The notes under the pieces are model-generated. The model made no database searches. It saw only the letters and a program-made list of their open reading frames with translations, and was not told the origin of the DNA. The translations under genes and the position numbers were made by a program. Source: Geosiphon pyriformis uo1 (taxonomy: Eukaryota; Fungi; Glomeromycota). From it: DNA of 64,000 nucleotides. This document shows positions 38,401 through 49,615 of this stretch, piece after piece. The DNA is taken from NCBI GenBank assembly GCA_016748015.1, contig JAAOMT010000595.1:128282-192281 (forward strand). Reading direction: 5' to 3'. Position 1 is the first letter of the stretch; each line of letters begins with the position of its first letter.

Positions 38401-41216
38401 GAGGAGGAACATGCGACGAGGCTTGTCAATACACCATATTAATCAACGATTGGATACGAAAGGGAACTCCCATCGAAGACGCTTGGAAATGAGCCCTCAA
38501 CAGACTGGACGGTTATCCACATGATGACCACAAAATCTAGAGAATGGCAAGTGCCAAGGCCAAAGACACCATGCCCAAAGAAATATGAGAAATCAAGGAC
38601 AATCCTTGGACGTCCGAATATAATGGACCCGACTACCCTGAGGATGATTTCTTTACAGATGACTCAGACACATTTCAGAACCAATATCAGGAATTGGCCC
38701 CAACTTGCAAAGAACAGAAGCAAAGATTGGCCGATTTGAATACCAAACTGTGTGATCATTGTTTGATCCCTTATCACTTCCAGTACTGCGACGAATGTGA
38801 TCTCATGTTCAATCCACTTCCAAAAATACTGTTTCCAATTACTGAACTACCTGAGCCCGAAGAAGAGGTATTGATCACCGAGGACATGTTGTTTCAAGAT
38901 CCAACTGAGAATACTAAAACAGAACAGTATCTCGTGTATCCCGACCTATCCAAAGAACTAAAGCTAAAATAGTACAGTGATAACGAGAAAAGAATCTGCC
39001 CCAAAAGAGCACATGACACCAATGCTGGTTTTGATCTATGATATCTCGGACAATCATCCATCATTATAGCCCCACATTCTCTTGTAAAAATAGATCTTAA
39101 GATAGCATTAGAAATTTCTATTAGTACAATGATACAAGTTGCCTCTCGATCTAGTCTAGCCAAAAAAAGAATTGATGTAAAAGAAGGAATCATTGATGCC
39201 GATTACATGGAAAACATTATCATGATGTTACAGAACAATTCGAACAGACCCTACAAAATAGAATCACAAGAAAAAATTGCCCAAGCTATCTTCCTATTCC
39301 TAGTCAAAATACCCCAATTAACCCCAGTAACAACCTGAGAAGAGTTAGGCCTCACTGCCCAAAGAATTAACGGGTTTGGATCAAGTGAAAAAGGAAACGT
39401 ACCAGTTAATTTTATGAAGGAAGACAGTGACCAGGTAGAATTTATTAACACTGACACCGTCATCTCCATTCCCTCATACCAACAATACATCTTCAAGGTG
39501 AATTGAAAGATCCAAGATCAAGTCCTGTTATTCGAAGCCAGTCCTGAAATCTGTTCCCTAGCTGATGTTGCTAATCTATATCTACCGGCCAAAGCCCATA
39601 AACACTTCAAAATCCCCATCCACAACCTGACAGAAGATGTCATTGAAATCCCTGAAGGGACCCTCATTGGTTCTATATCCATAGATATTCAGAATCCTAA
39701 AAAACCCCAGTTCATTCCAGATTTCGCACAATTATTCTTATTCTGTGACATTACCTCACAAGTATAAAATTTGCTAAAAGAAAATTACTTGTTTACACCA
39801 AAAAAAATCAATAAATTGAATTTAGGAAATTTAAGTACCCTGCAACAAATGCAACTCAAAGTCCTTCTGAATCAGTATGCCGATGTCTTTGCCAGCGAAA
39901 ATGAGTTCAGATGCACTGACATTGTGAAGCATCAGATTGATACGAGAGATACTTGACCGATTAAGCAACAAGCTTACCATGTACCCCCATTTGGCTATAA
40001 CCTAATTAAGCAAGAAGTGCAACGGATGCTTGATAACAGCCTAATCAAAGAATCATTAAGCCCTTAGTTCTCTTCAGTAGTCTTGGTTACCAAGAAAAAC
40101 AGAAAAGTGTGATTCTGCATAGATTATCGAAAACTAAATAGTGTTATGTGAGGAAATAGTTATCTCACTCTCCTCATCCAGAAAATTCTAAACAATCTAG
40201 GGAAAAAGAAATGATTCTCGTCATTAGATTTAGCAAGTAGTTATTAACAAGTTGAAATAGACCCCAAAGACAAAGGAAAAACAGCATTTACCACTTGAGA
40301 TGGAAACTTCGAGTTTAACATAATGCCTTTTGGACTTTGTAATGCTCCTGCCATGTTTCAACATCTGATGGATGTAATATACAAAGAAATCCTTTGGAAA
40401 TCAGTAGTAGTCTACCTAGATGATACAAATGTGTTCTCCGAAACATTCGATGACCATCTGCTCCACCTACAACAAGTCTTCGAATGCCTTCGTAGTGCCG
40501 GATTGAAACTCAATCCCAAGAAGTGCTTCTTTGGAAAAACCAAGTTAAAATTCTTAGGACATGTAATCGGCAAGGACAGAGTTAAACCTGATCCAGATAA
40601 AGTACAAAAAGTCAAGAATTTTCCAGCTCCAATTAACCTCAGAGAATTACAAGAATTTCTAGAATTGGCAGAATATTATTGTTGATTTGTCAAAGATTTC
40701 TCGAACATCACAAAACTACTCCATTAATTGTTGTCCAAATACATATCGTACTTGTGGAAAAAAGATTAACAGAAAGCATTCGACTATCTCAAGCAGTGAT
40801 TAATCACATCCCCAATTCTAATTTACCCAGATTTTACTAAATGGTTCATTGTTACTACGGACGCCTCAAAAAATGCTCTAGGAGCAGTCTTATTACAGAT
40901 AGGACCGAACAATAGAGAACACCCAGTTGCCTACACTAGTCGCAGCACCAGCCCAGCAGAAAAAAATTACAGCACAACAGATCTGAAATGTCTCATCATT
41001 TATTGGGCCATACAAACTTGGAAACATTATCTTAGTTAACCATTTGACCTATATACCAATCATAAAGGACTTATTTGATTACTCAACAATCCACAACTAG
41101 AAGGAAAATATGCGAGATGGAGTACTTATCTGCAATAATTCCCATTCAAAGTCCATTACAAGGAAGAATCCAAGAACACCAATGCCAACAGTTTGTTGAA
41201 AATGCCACAAACCTAA
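35438..41216 (+). pseudogene. Gypsy C gag-pro-Cys-rich-dUTPase-RT-RNaseH
   Basis: GTG 35438 is in frame with capsid MAYQDIAK (36242). CYYCQKSGHITRNC, IKLILNS, AGFDL/RSSLA/IIDADY/IAQAI/GFGSS, MPFGLCNAPA, YLDD, TDAS. Confidence 0.92.
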
Positions 41217-41226
41217 TCCCAGACTC

Positions 41227-42594
41227 ATGAACACACTTACTTATCAACAACTATATCAGTACCTATCAACACTACGTTTCAAGGAGATATTATCTCAACA
41301 GGAACAAAGTACCATACAAAAACAAGCCCAAAATTATTTTATTCAAGACAACCAACTATATTGACGAGAACACCAAAACCACCCCAACCCACAACAACTA
41401 ATTAAGGACAGTGAAAGAGAAACTATACTATATAGCATGCACTCAGATCCGACTGCAGAACACTTTAACAAAGATGCTACCCTTGAAAGAACACTAAACT
41501 TATACTATTGGCCAACGATGTACAAAGACATTTTTGAATATGTGCTCAATTGTGACACATGCCAGCGAAGAGGAGGAACAAGATCAACAGAACCACTTCA
41601 ACTCATTCTAGTTGGAAATCCATTTGATAGAATTGGGATCGACTTGGTTGGACCTCTTTCAATTACATCCCAAAGAAATTGCTATATCACTGTAGCTGTA
41701 GACTATCTTACAAAATGGCCAGAAGCCAGAGCAATCTAAGTGGCTGATGCCAAAACAGTAGCCGAATTTGTGCATCAAGACTTAATTTGCCAACATGGAT
41801 GTCTGAAAGAATTATTATCTGATCAAGGAACACACTTCGTTAATAATACGTTGACTAAACTAAGTCCACGGTTTGGAATAAAGAGACTCTTATCGTCACT
41901 ATACCACCCACAAACAAACGGACTGGTAGAACAATTTAATAGAACACTGTGTAAAGCACTAACAAAAATAAGTCATGAAAACAAACAAGAATGAGACTTA
42001 TTCATATCTTCTGTACTCTTTGTATACCGAACATTGAAACAAAATATGACTCAGTTCACACTGTTCGAACTAGTCTATGGAAGAAAAGCTACGTTACCAA
42101 TTGAACAAGTGATACTGTCATACTCAACAGAAACAATCAATGAAGAGAATTTTGAAGCTACCTTACACCAAAAAACGTACCAGCTAATAAAAATGTTGAA
42201 AAACAATTGAAGAACAGCAGCTGACAATATTAGTCATGCTTAAGAATGACAAAAAGAAAAACATGATAAACACCTATCAGAACAACCAATGGAATTCAAG
42301 ATTGGAGACCAAGTACTGTTATATTGTACAAAAGCTGAGAAACAGTGGAGTGGAAAGTTTGACCCAAAGTGGAACGGTCTATTCTATATACATGAAGCAT
42401 TAGAAAATAGAGCTTACAAATTATGATTGGAAGACAGGATTTTAAAGAAAGTAGTGCATAGAAATCAGTTAAAAATTTATCATGAAAAACAGGAATCATT
42501 GTCATTAGTACCTCAACTAGAAACACAAATTTCATTAATTAGACCAGAAAATATACCACGAGATCTAAAACCAATTATCGTCATCAAAACATAG
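41227..42594 (+). pseudogene. Gypsy C integrase (stand-alone ORF2)
   Basis: MNTLTYQQL start, MHSDPTAEHF..CDTCQ, FDRIGIDLVGP, SDQGTHF, HPQTNGLVE. Confidence 0.9.
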
Positions 42595-42674
42595 ACAATG
42601 GGCAGCAAATTAAATTGGGGAATTCAAATATATATAACATCCAAAAAGCAGCAAGAAACGATAGAAATTTCAAC

Positions 42675-43409
42675 ATGGACCTTTCAGATCAAATTTTAAA
42701 ATTATCTAAACAATTATTTGAAACAATTCAAAAATTGACATCTCAAATAAAAATAACAATTGATAAAAAAGAGATATAGTACAAAGATAAGAGCAGGAGA
42801 GGAAAGAACAAGAGTTCAATTAGAACTAAATCCTCCCTCCCCTACCTACCACCCGAAAGGCAATGTTGGAGAAAAAATTGCCTTCAGGTGGGAGGTGGAA
42901 AAGAAGGAGGCAAAGAATGAGAAAAAAGTTACAAAAGAAGATACTTGGTCCTTGAACTTGAAGAAATAAAAAAAGCTTTAGCTTGTGGGACCAAACTTCC
43001 CGAAACAGGGGAGTGAACACCTGACAACACTCAGGAATGAAAAGAAAGACTTCTCTCAGCTTATTGGTTCTACAAAATTGGAGAACAGCTTGACTTAAAA
43101 ACACCATATGAAGACCTCAGCCAGAAAATGTTTAACAAAGAAGCAATACAACAAGTAGAAAAATTCATAGGGAAAAACAACCTGACCCTACATTACAAAG
43201 CAGCATACTGACTATACATTATCTTCCAACATTGCCCAAATGTGCTACTGAATGGATCTATGAAAACCATAATGGTTAACAACATAGAATGAATAACCAA
43301 TCAACAATTCAAAGACCTACAAAAAGCAATACTCAAGGCAACAATCAAACATTACATAAACAAAGCCACAATAACAGATACATACAGTTTCGCAGGAGCT
43401 CAATTTTAA
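42675..43409 (+). pseudogene. Gypsy C ORF3 (~244 aa, ends SFAGAQF*)
   Basis: MDLSDQILKLSKQLF..QIKITID..GKNNLTLHYKAAY.LYIIF. 735 nt in one frame. Confidence 0.75.
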
Positions 43410-43424
43410 AAAAGAGAGGGATAA

Positions 43425-44478
43425 TGTTACCCAAGTAGAAAAACCGATCCAAAGTTATGAAAAAACATGACCAAAATGTGACATAACACAGAATAATGCA
43501 CAATAACATTGAATAATGCATTATAACATAGGATAACATGTTATAATGCAGGATAACACAGAATAGCACGCAATAATATAGGATAATGTGTTATAATGCA
43601 GGATAATACAGAATAACATGTAATAACATCAGATAATGTATTATAACATAGGATAACTAGCGATAATGTAGAAAAACAAAGTAATAACAGAAACAACAAA
43701 GCAATAGCTAATGATAGCAAGACAATTGAAAACAATCCTGTAAAACCAAAAAAATGTATAAAAGCAAGTAGTTGTAGAAGTAAGAAAAGACAGACAGATA
43801 GATACAAACCTCTAGACAAGAATTAAATATCCATACCTCTTCATCCTTTATTATCTTCCCTATTTCATCTCCTGAAATAAACCAATTATTAAAAAGAAAT
43901 CAGAATCACAAATTTATGTTTTCGAACTTTGTGGAATTTACATGAATTAACCTTTGTCTCGTATTTCCGTTCTAGGACAGATGCTCTTAGCATAACCACC
44001 TCAAACCTATTAACAATTTGGACCAATCACTCTTGATCATGGCAATTGACAATACTAATTTTTCTTTTTTTTTTCTTTTTCTGTCTTATTTTTGTGGAGT
44101 GGCAACATAGTAAAATTGACTGTCTAGGAATAGACTTTGTGATAGCTTGATAAAAGAGGGAAGTTTTCCCTAAGTTTTGGATATTAACATTATCTTGTTA
44201 GCTTACCAGAAGGGTGAAAAGACAATCCCAGACTCTAACAACTGCGCTCGTTAGCTTGGAAAAGAAAGCTCATATTTACAAAAAATGTTGCAATTGACGA
44301 AAGACAAACTCTGTGCCTTATAACCAAAAAACTTAATGGATAAATTTACATCCAGGAATAGATTTTCAGAGACTGATAATCAAGACTAAGCCAACAGAAT
44401 TACACAAAAGACACATCATCCATAATTGAGAGCACCAAACATTACTATTTCCCATACCCACTAAGTTTACTCATAACA
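43425..44478 (+). repeat. 3' LTR of element C
   Basis: TGTTAC...ATAACA, preceded by the PPT. Confidence 0.95.
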
Positions 44479-45117
44479 CCGGATTTAGTCTGGCAGTTGT
44501 GTCCTTCTGGTAAGCTATCCGATAATATATAAAATCCTACTCTTATTTCTGGATCTTTTACCAGGCTATCCTTGACGTCAATAACTCAGTGCTTAATCTT
44601 TTAATCAATTAGTATACAACAACAAAATAAAAAAGAAAGAAAATAAAATAAAGAAAATAGAGAAAATAAGCCAAGGTAATTTAGTACGTTAGTATCTTGT
44701 CAATAGCCATAATCAAGAGTTATCAACATGAAATGTTGATAGTAGAGAGTGGGTTGAGATATGAAATAATTATTTATTTAATGATTGGGAACTGGAATAT
44801 TGCTTAGATTAAATCTAAACGGAGAGGTCTATCTTTTTAGCTTCTAATTCTACTGCTATATATACATAATTGAGATTTCTCAATTCCTCAATTCTTTGTG
44901 ACAGAAATCCTGGGATTCTTGAAATCCTGCAATTTCTGATGAGAGGAATCCTGGAATTCTGGAATCCTGCAATTCCTTATCAAGGAATTCTGAAATTCCT
45001 GGAATCTTGCAATTCCTCTGAAAGGAATTCTGGAATTCCACATTTACTACATCTACTTCTGATTGGCTAATATCTACTGACTAATAATACTATATTTCTT
45101 ATATTCTATAAGTAACA

Positions 45118-45743
45118 ATGGCTCCAAAATCTGGCTGATGAGGCAGTGATTGGAATCCTGATGGTGTTGGTGATCTCGATTTAAATCCTTCAAAATAATT
45201 GCTGTATGCTCTTAATAGTTTGTTTTTTTTTTGTTTACTCTGAAACATGATTCTTGCTAGTGGCGTCTTTGTACTGGTAGACACGTCTGCTGATGTGATG
45301 TTAATGGTACTTCTGGGCATGTAATGATATAATGGGTATATCGGAGATTCAATTCTTTGTTTCTTCCAGTTAGGAATTTGTATTCTTTTGGGTGTTACTG
45401 CTGGTGTCTGTAGTTTTTCTTTGCCTTTGTTCTGGTAAGTAATAGGGAATGTTCTTTGTGTATATTTTTCAATTTCTTGGTTGATTTCTCTGATGATGGG
45501 TGCAAAGCTGTGATTTGTGGATAAGTTGGTGTGTTGGATTAGTTCCAAATAGAAATTTTCTCTTGCTGATTTAATATCAACTGGTCTTCTTAGGAAATCT
45601 GTGATTCTTTTATTGATGTAGAAGTTGAAAGCTAATTCTGCTAAGTAATGGTTGTTGTTTAGGCCTAGCTGTTGGCTGTACTGTTGAAATAAAGATTTTG
45701 TGAATCCTAGATAGTTTGTTCCTATTATTTCTGATTCTGCCAT
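45118..45743 (-). pseudogene. N-terminal gag extension of element A/D
   Basis: Homologous to B 33467-34042. In frame with the capsid Met at 24483 once B is removed (960 nt). Confidence 0.88.
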
Positions 45744-45805
45744 TTTTGGTTTGGTGTTGTCAGTGCTGGTTCTCTGTAGGATTATACTTCACAGGGAGCA
45801 CCAAA

Positions 45806-46675
45806 TGTTATAGTTGAATTATTTGGAGTCTCAAGTCAAATAACAAACCTGTAACTTGGTGCTCAAAAGCTATTTCTGTCAATGATATTCTGAAAGTGTT
45901 ATATCTGAAGATTTTGATGGAGTCCTTTGTATAATAAACAGAGATTTGATAGTATGGCAATTTGTTGTTTGTTGTTAGTTGTTTTCCAATTTCTTTCTCA
46001 GTTTGGTGGCCAGATTTATTCTGGCAGTTGTGCCCTTCTGGTAAGCTAACTGATAATATATATAAATCTACCCTTATTTTTGGGTCTTTTACCAGACTAT
46101 CTGTGATGTTAATAACTCAGTACTTTTAATCCCCAATCAATTAGTAGGCACAACAGAATCAAAGAAAGAAAGAAATAAAATAAAAATAATAATGATGATG
46201 AAGATAAGCCAAGACAATTTGGTAAGTTAGTATCTCGTCAATAGCAATGATCAAGAGCTATTGTTTTAGCGTGGTTAAGTATCAATTACTATCAACATGA
46301 AGTGTTGATAGTGGAGAATAGATTGAGATATAAAATAATTATTTATTTGATAATTGGAAGTTGGAAGATTGCTTAGATTAATCTACACTAAAAGGTCTGT
46401 CTTTTCAGCTTCTAATTCTGCTGCTATATATACATAATTGAGATTCCTCAATTCCTTGATTCTTCACAACAAGAATCCTGGAATTCCTGAAATCCTGTGA
46501 TTCCTTTGAGAAAAATTCTGGAATTCTGGAATCCTGTGATTTCTCGTCAGGGAATCCTGAAATTCTTGGAATCCTGCAATTCCTGAAAGGAATCCTGGAA
46601 TTTTACATTTATTATGCCTACTTCTAATTGGCTACTACTCATGCTAATATATTTCTTATATTTCTATAAGTAACA
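45806..46675 (-). repeat. 5' LTR, family D (B-like U3), with no partner LTR in the window
   Basis: TGTTAT...GTAACA, adjacent to a PBS. Carries a GGAAT(T/C)C array, unlike LTR-A. Confidence 0.88.
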
Positions 46676-47210
46676 ATAACAAAAAAAAATAAAATAAAAT
46701 AAAATAAAATAAAAAAATAAATAAAAGCAATTACAAGTTAGTATTCCATCAATAGCTGTAATCAAGAGTTATTGTTCCAGTGTGATTAAGTATTAATTAT
46801 TATCAACATAAATTGTTGATAGTGGAGAGTGGATTTGGATGGTGAATGATTTATTTATTTAATATTTGTGAATGGAAGATTTCTAACTCTCAGATTCTGC
46901 TCTTTCTATTTCTAATGATATTGCTATATATACATAATTAATGTTTTATGAGATTGTTCACATTCTCGAGCGATGTGCTATAATTTCTTAAGCAATGCTC
47001 ACATTGCTGAGCAATGTGCCCTAATTTTCTAATATTGCTTCATATTGCTGAGCAATGTGCCATGTTTTCTGATATTGCTCCACATTGCTGAGCAATGTGC
47101 TGTGTTTTCTGACATTGCTCCATATTGCTGAGCAATGTGCTTATGTGCTACATACTATTTACTTATTGGTCTACTATTTCCCTATATCTGTTTTCTTTCT
47201 ATGAATAATA
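46676..47210 (-). repeat. Truncated 5' LTR of family A (U3/R side only)
   Basis: Matches 16629-17122, including the 40-bp palindromic array; followed by TSD TCAG. Confidence 0.88.
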
Positions 47211-48789
47211 TCAGACATCTCACTAATACTAGCATCTTTGCTTTTTATTTCACTACTCTAAGACATCTTGCATTTTAAACTGCTAGTATACAGAATGCCA
47301 TCAAAAATAGAACCAGTTGATGAATCTACCATACCACCAGGAATTCCAGAATTTTTAGACTTTTTGTACAAAGAGCCATGAGAGTATATGCTTTTAATGT
47401 GTGTCTTTTTCTTATTACTAGACCAGGTCCCCAATTCAGCCAAAATAAAACTAGACCCACTAACAGATAAGCTCACCAGTTTTATCACAACAAAAGAAAG
47501 AAAGTCAGAAGAAATAATTAGAAAAAAAACTAAGAAAAAAGGGAAAAAATAAATTAAATTTTGACAAAATTTTGCTCTTGTCATGGTTTGGAGATTGACA
47601 AGAGAAAAACGTTTTTTTTATAAAATTTTTTAATAAAATACAATAATAATTAAAATAAAAAGTATATTTATTTATAATTTATCTGTTTTTTATTTAATAT
47701 TATTTTATTTTAAAATAATTTTAAGTTAAATTTGCTAGCAAATTATATATTTAATAAATTAAACAAAACAAATTATTAAGAATAAAAACCAAAAATAATT
47801 TTTATATTTTAAATATATATAAAGATAATATTTAAAAGTTTTTTATTATTATTATTTTAATAAAATACAATTCAATTATTATTTAATATAATATAACTTA
47901 AAAAATTCTAAATTAAATACAATCTATGTATTTATTATATATAATTAACTATTAAAATATTAATTAAGTTAAATTAAAAAATGTTAAAAATAAATTTAAC
48001 TTATTAAGTTTAATAATAAAAACATTTAAATTTCAAATATTAAAAATAATTTAATTTAAAAACAATTTAATCTTTTCAATATTATATTTAATATCAAAAT
48101 AATTTATTTTCAAAGTATTAATAAATGTTTAATAGTATTTTTACTTAAAAAAAATATCTTAATAATATTTATTTTATTATTATTTATATAATTAAAATCT
48201 ATTTTAGTTTTAAGATTAGTAAAGTTTTTAAATAAATTAATATTAATAAAATTATTAATAAAATTATTTATAATAACTAATTTTTATATTTTAAAATTAT
48301 TATATGTATTTTTAATTAAAAAAAAACCAAAGTAATTAAAAACTAATTAGTTTAACAACAGACTTAATTAATACAGCCAAATTAAGAATTTAAAATTTTA
48401 AAGAATTTAATTTAAAGTTAATCATAAGATTAACAATAATAATAATAAAAACAACCAAAGATACAATAATAATAAAAATTAATACTAACAAAAAAATCAA
48501 AAATTTTAAAGTTATTTACAAATTTAAACAAAAACTTAAAAAACAAAAACAAAAAATTTTTACAATATTTAATTAAATAATCTAAATCTTAATATTTATA
48601 ATAATAATAATATTTAAAAGTTTTATATTAATATAAAATATTAATTTTTAAAATTATAAAATTTAAAATCTCTAAAAACTTAAAAATTATAACAACAAAA
48701 TATTAACAATAATAATAATTAGAAAAATAAATAATAAAACAAATTTAACTATTAACTTAAAAAATAAAATTACTAATTTTAAAAATTAT

Positions 48790-49615
48790 TATTACAAAAA
48801 AATTTCTTTTTTTTTTGTTATTATTAATATTATTTTGTTGTTAATTTTGCTGTTAATAAAAACAAATAAACTTTCAATAAACTAATTTATTTTCCAAAAT
48901 ATTTTGGATTATATATATTATTGAGCTTATAATAAAATAGCCAATTTTGTATTATTTTTATGTAATTATTTTACAGTAAAAGTCAACTTTTTTATGGAAA
49001 TTTTTTATTTATAAGTTTTTTAAAAATATGTAGTTATTTTGTTATAAAAATAAATTTTTTTATAATTACAAATTATCTAATAATATAAAAATATAAAAAA
49101 AAAGATTACAATAAATTAAAAAAATAATAACAAAATGTGTTTAATAAAATTATTTCTAATTTAAACTTAAAAATATTAATAGTTATTTAAATTAATAGCT
49201 AATTAATTTCAAAAATATTAATTTAAACTTTATGATTTTAAAACAATAATAATTTGAAATTTGAAATTTTTAAAATAAATTTTATTTAAATAGATTTGTA
49301 ATGGTTTTTTAATTTAAATTTAATTTTATAAAAAATAATTCTAATTAAGATAAAAAATACATTTTTTCAAAGAAAAAAACTTTTTTTATATAATATATTA
49401 TAATCTGATTTTATAATTTAATAGTTATTTTTCTAATATTTTAGTAAATTAAATATATATTTTATAAAACTACAAGTTATTTTAGTAAATTGTTAAATAT
49501 TTTATTAAATTTAAATATTTTAACAAATTTTTAAATATTATATATTTTGGTATATTATATAATTTAATTATTATAATTAATTATATTTATATTTTGTATA
49601 AATTAAATTATTAAA
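48790..49615 (-). mobile_element. Highly decayed E-related LTR relic (approximate limits)
   Basis: GAGCTTATAATAAAATAGCCAATT, GTAAAAGTCAACTT and 49530-49615 align to LTR-E after C>T/G>A conversion. Confidence 0.55.

Larger units (their letters stand above)
34312..44478 (+). mobile_element. Ty3/Gypsy element C (10.2 kb), innermost member of the nest
   Basis: LTRs 34312-35375 and 43425-44478. TSD CTGG/CCGG. PBS 35378-35395. PPT AAAAAAGAGAGGGA 43408-43421. Confidence 0.95.
24822..45117 (-). mobile_element. Ty3/Gypsy element B, inserted in the gag extension of A/D; its 5' LTR is split by element C
   Basis: 3' LTR 24822-25694; 5' LTR 34105-34311 plus 44479-45117. TSD ATGA/ATGG. PPT ~25697-25709; PBS 34085-34102. 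Host gag reads PDFGAI-SLWEITESE after excision. Confidence 0.93.
16309..47210 (-). mobile_element. Composite Ty3/Gypsy LTR retrotransposon A/D (outer LTR ends from family A, 5' LTR from family D), hosting elements B and C
   Basis: TSD TTAG (16305-16308) / TCAG (47211-47214). LTR-A 16309-17122 with PPT. One set of genes at 17137-24821 plus 45118-45743. PBS 45786-45803. LTR-D 45806-46675. Partial LTR-A 46676-47210. Confidence 0.85.
9804..47611 (-). mobile_element. Full-length (~6.9 kb net) non-LTR retrotransposon (LINE-1 of this window) with APE-RT-RNase H, interrupted at 16308/47211 by a ~31 kb LTR stack
   Basis: Poly(A) tail (T run 9804-9815). TSD TTATAAAATTTTTT at 9796-9809 and 47618-47631. 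The 5' end matches the LINE start at ~62864. ORF1 reads in frame (EMSD-MKNISNMVAEKTSY) after removing the insert. Confidence 0.88.

Noticed and set aside
42675-43409. ORF3 as an envelope gene
   Set aside because: It is short and hydrophilic, with no signal peptide, TM anchor or fusion-peptide pattern.
46955-47140. CRISPR-like palindromic repeats at regular spacing
   Set aside because: The spacers are near-identical to each other, the array is inside an LTR U3, the context is eukaryotic, and there are no cas genes.
47480-47584. Transmembrane N-terminus on LINE ORF1
   Set aside because: It derives from a T-rich 5' leader, and the frame is not evidently kept in the copy at ~62890-62990.
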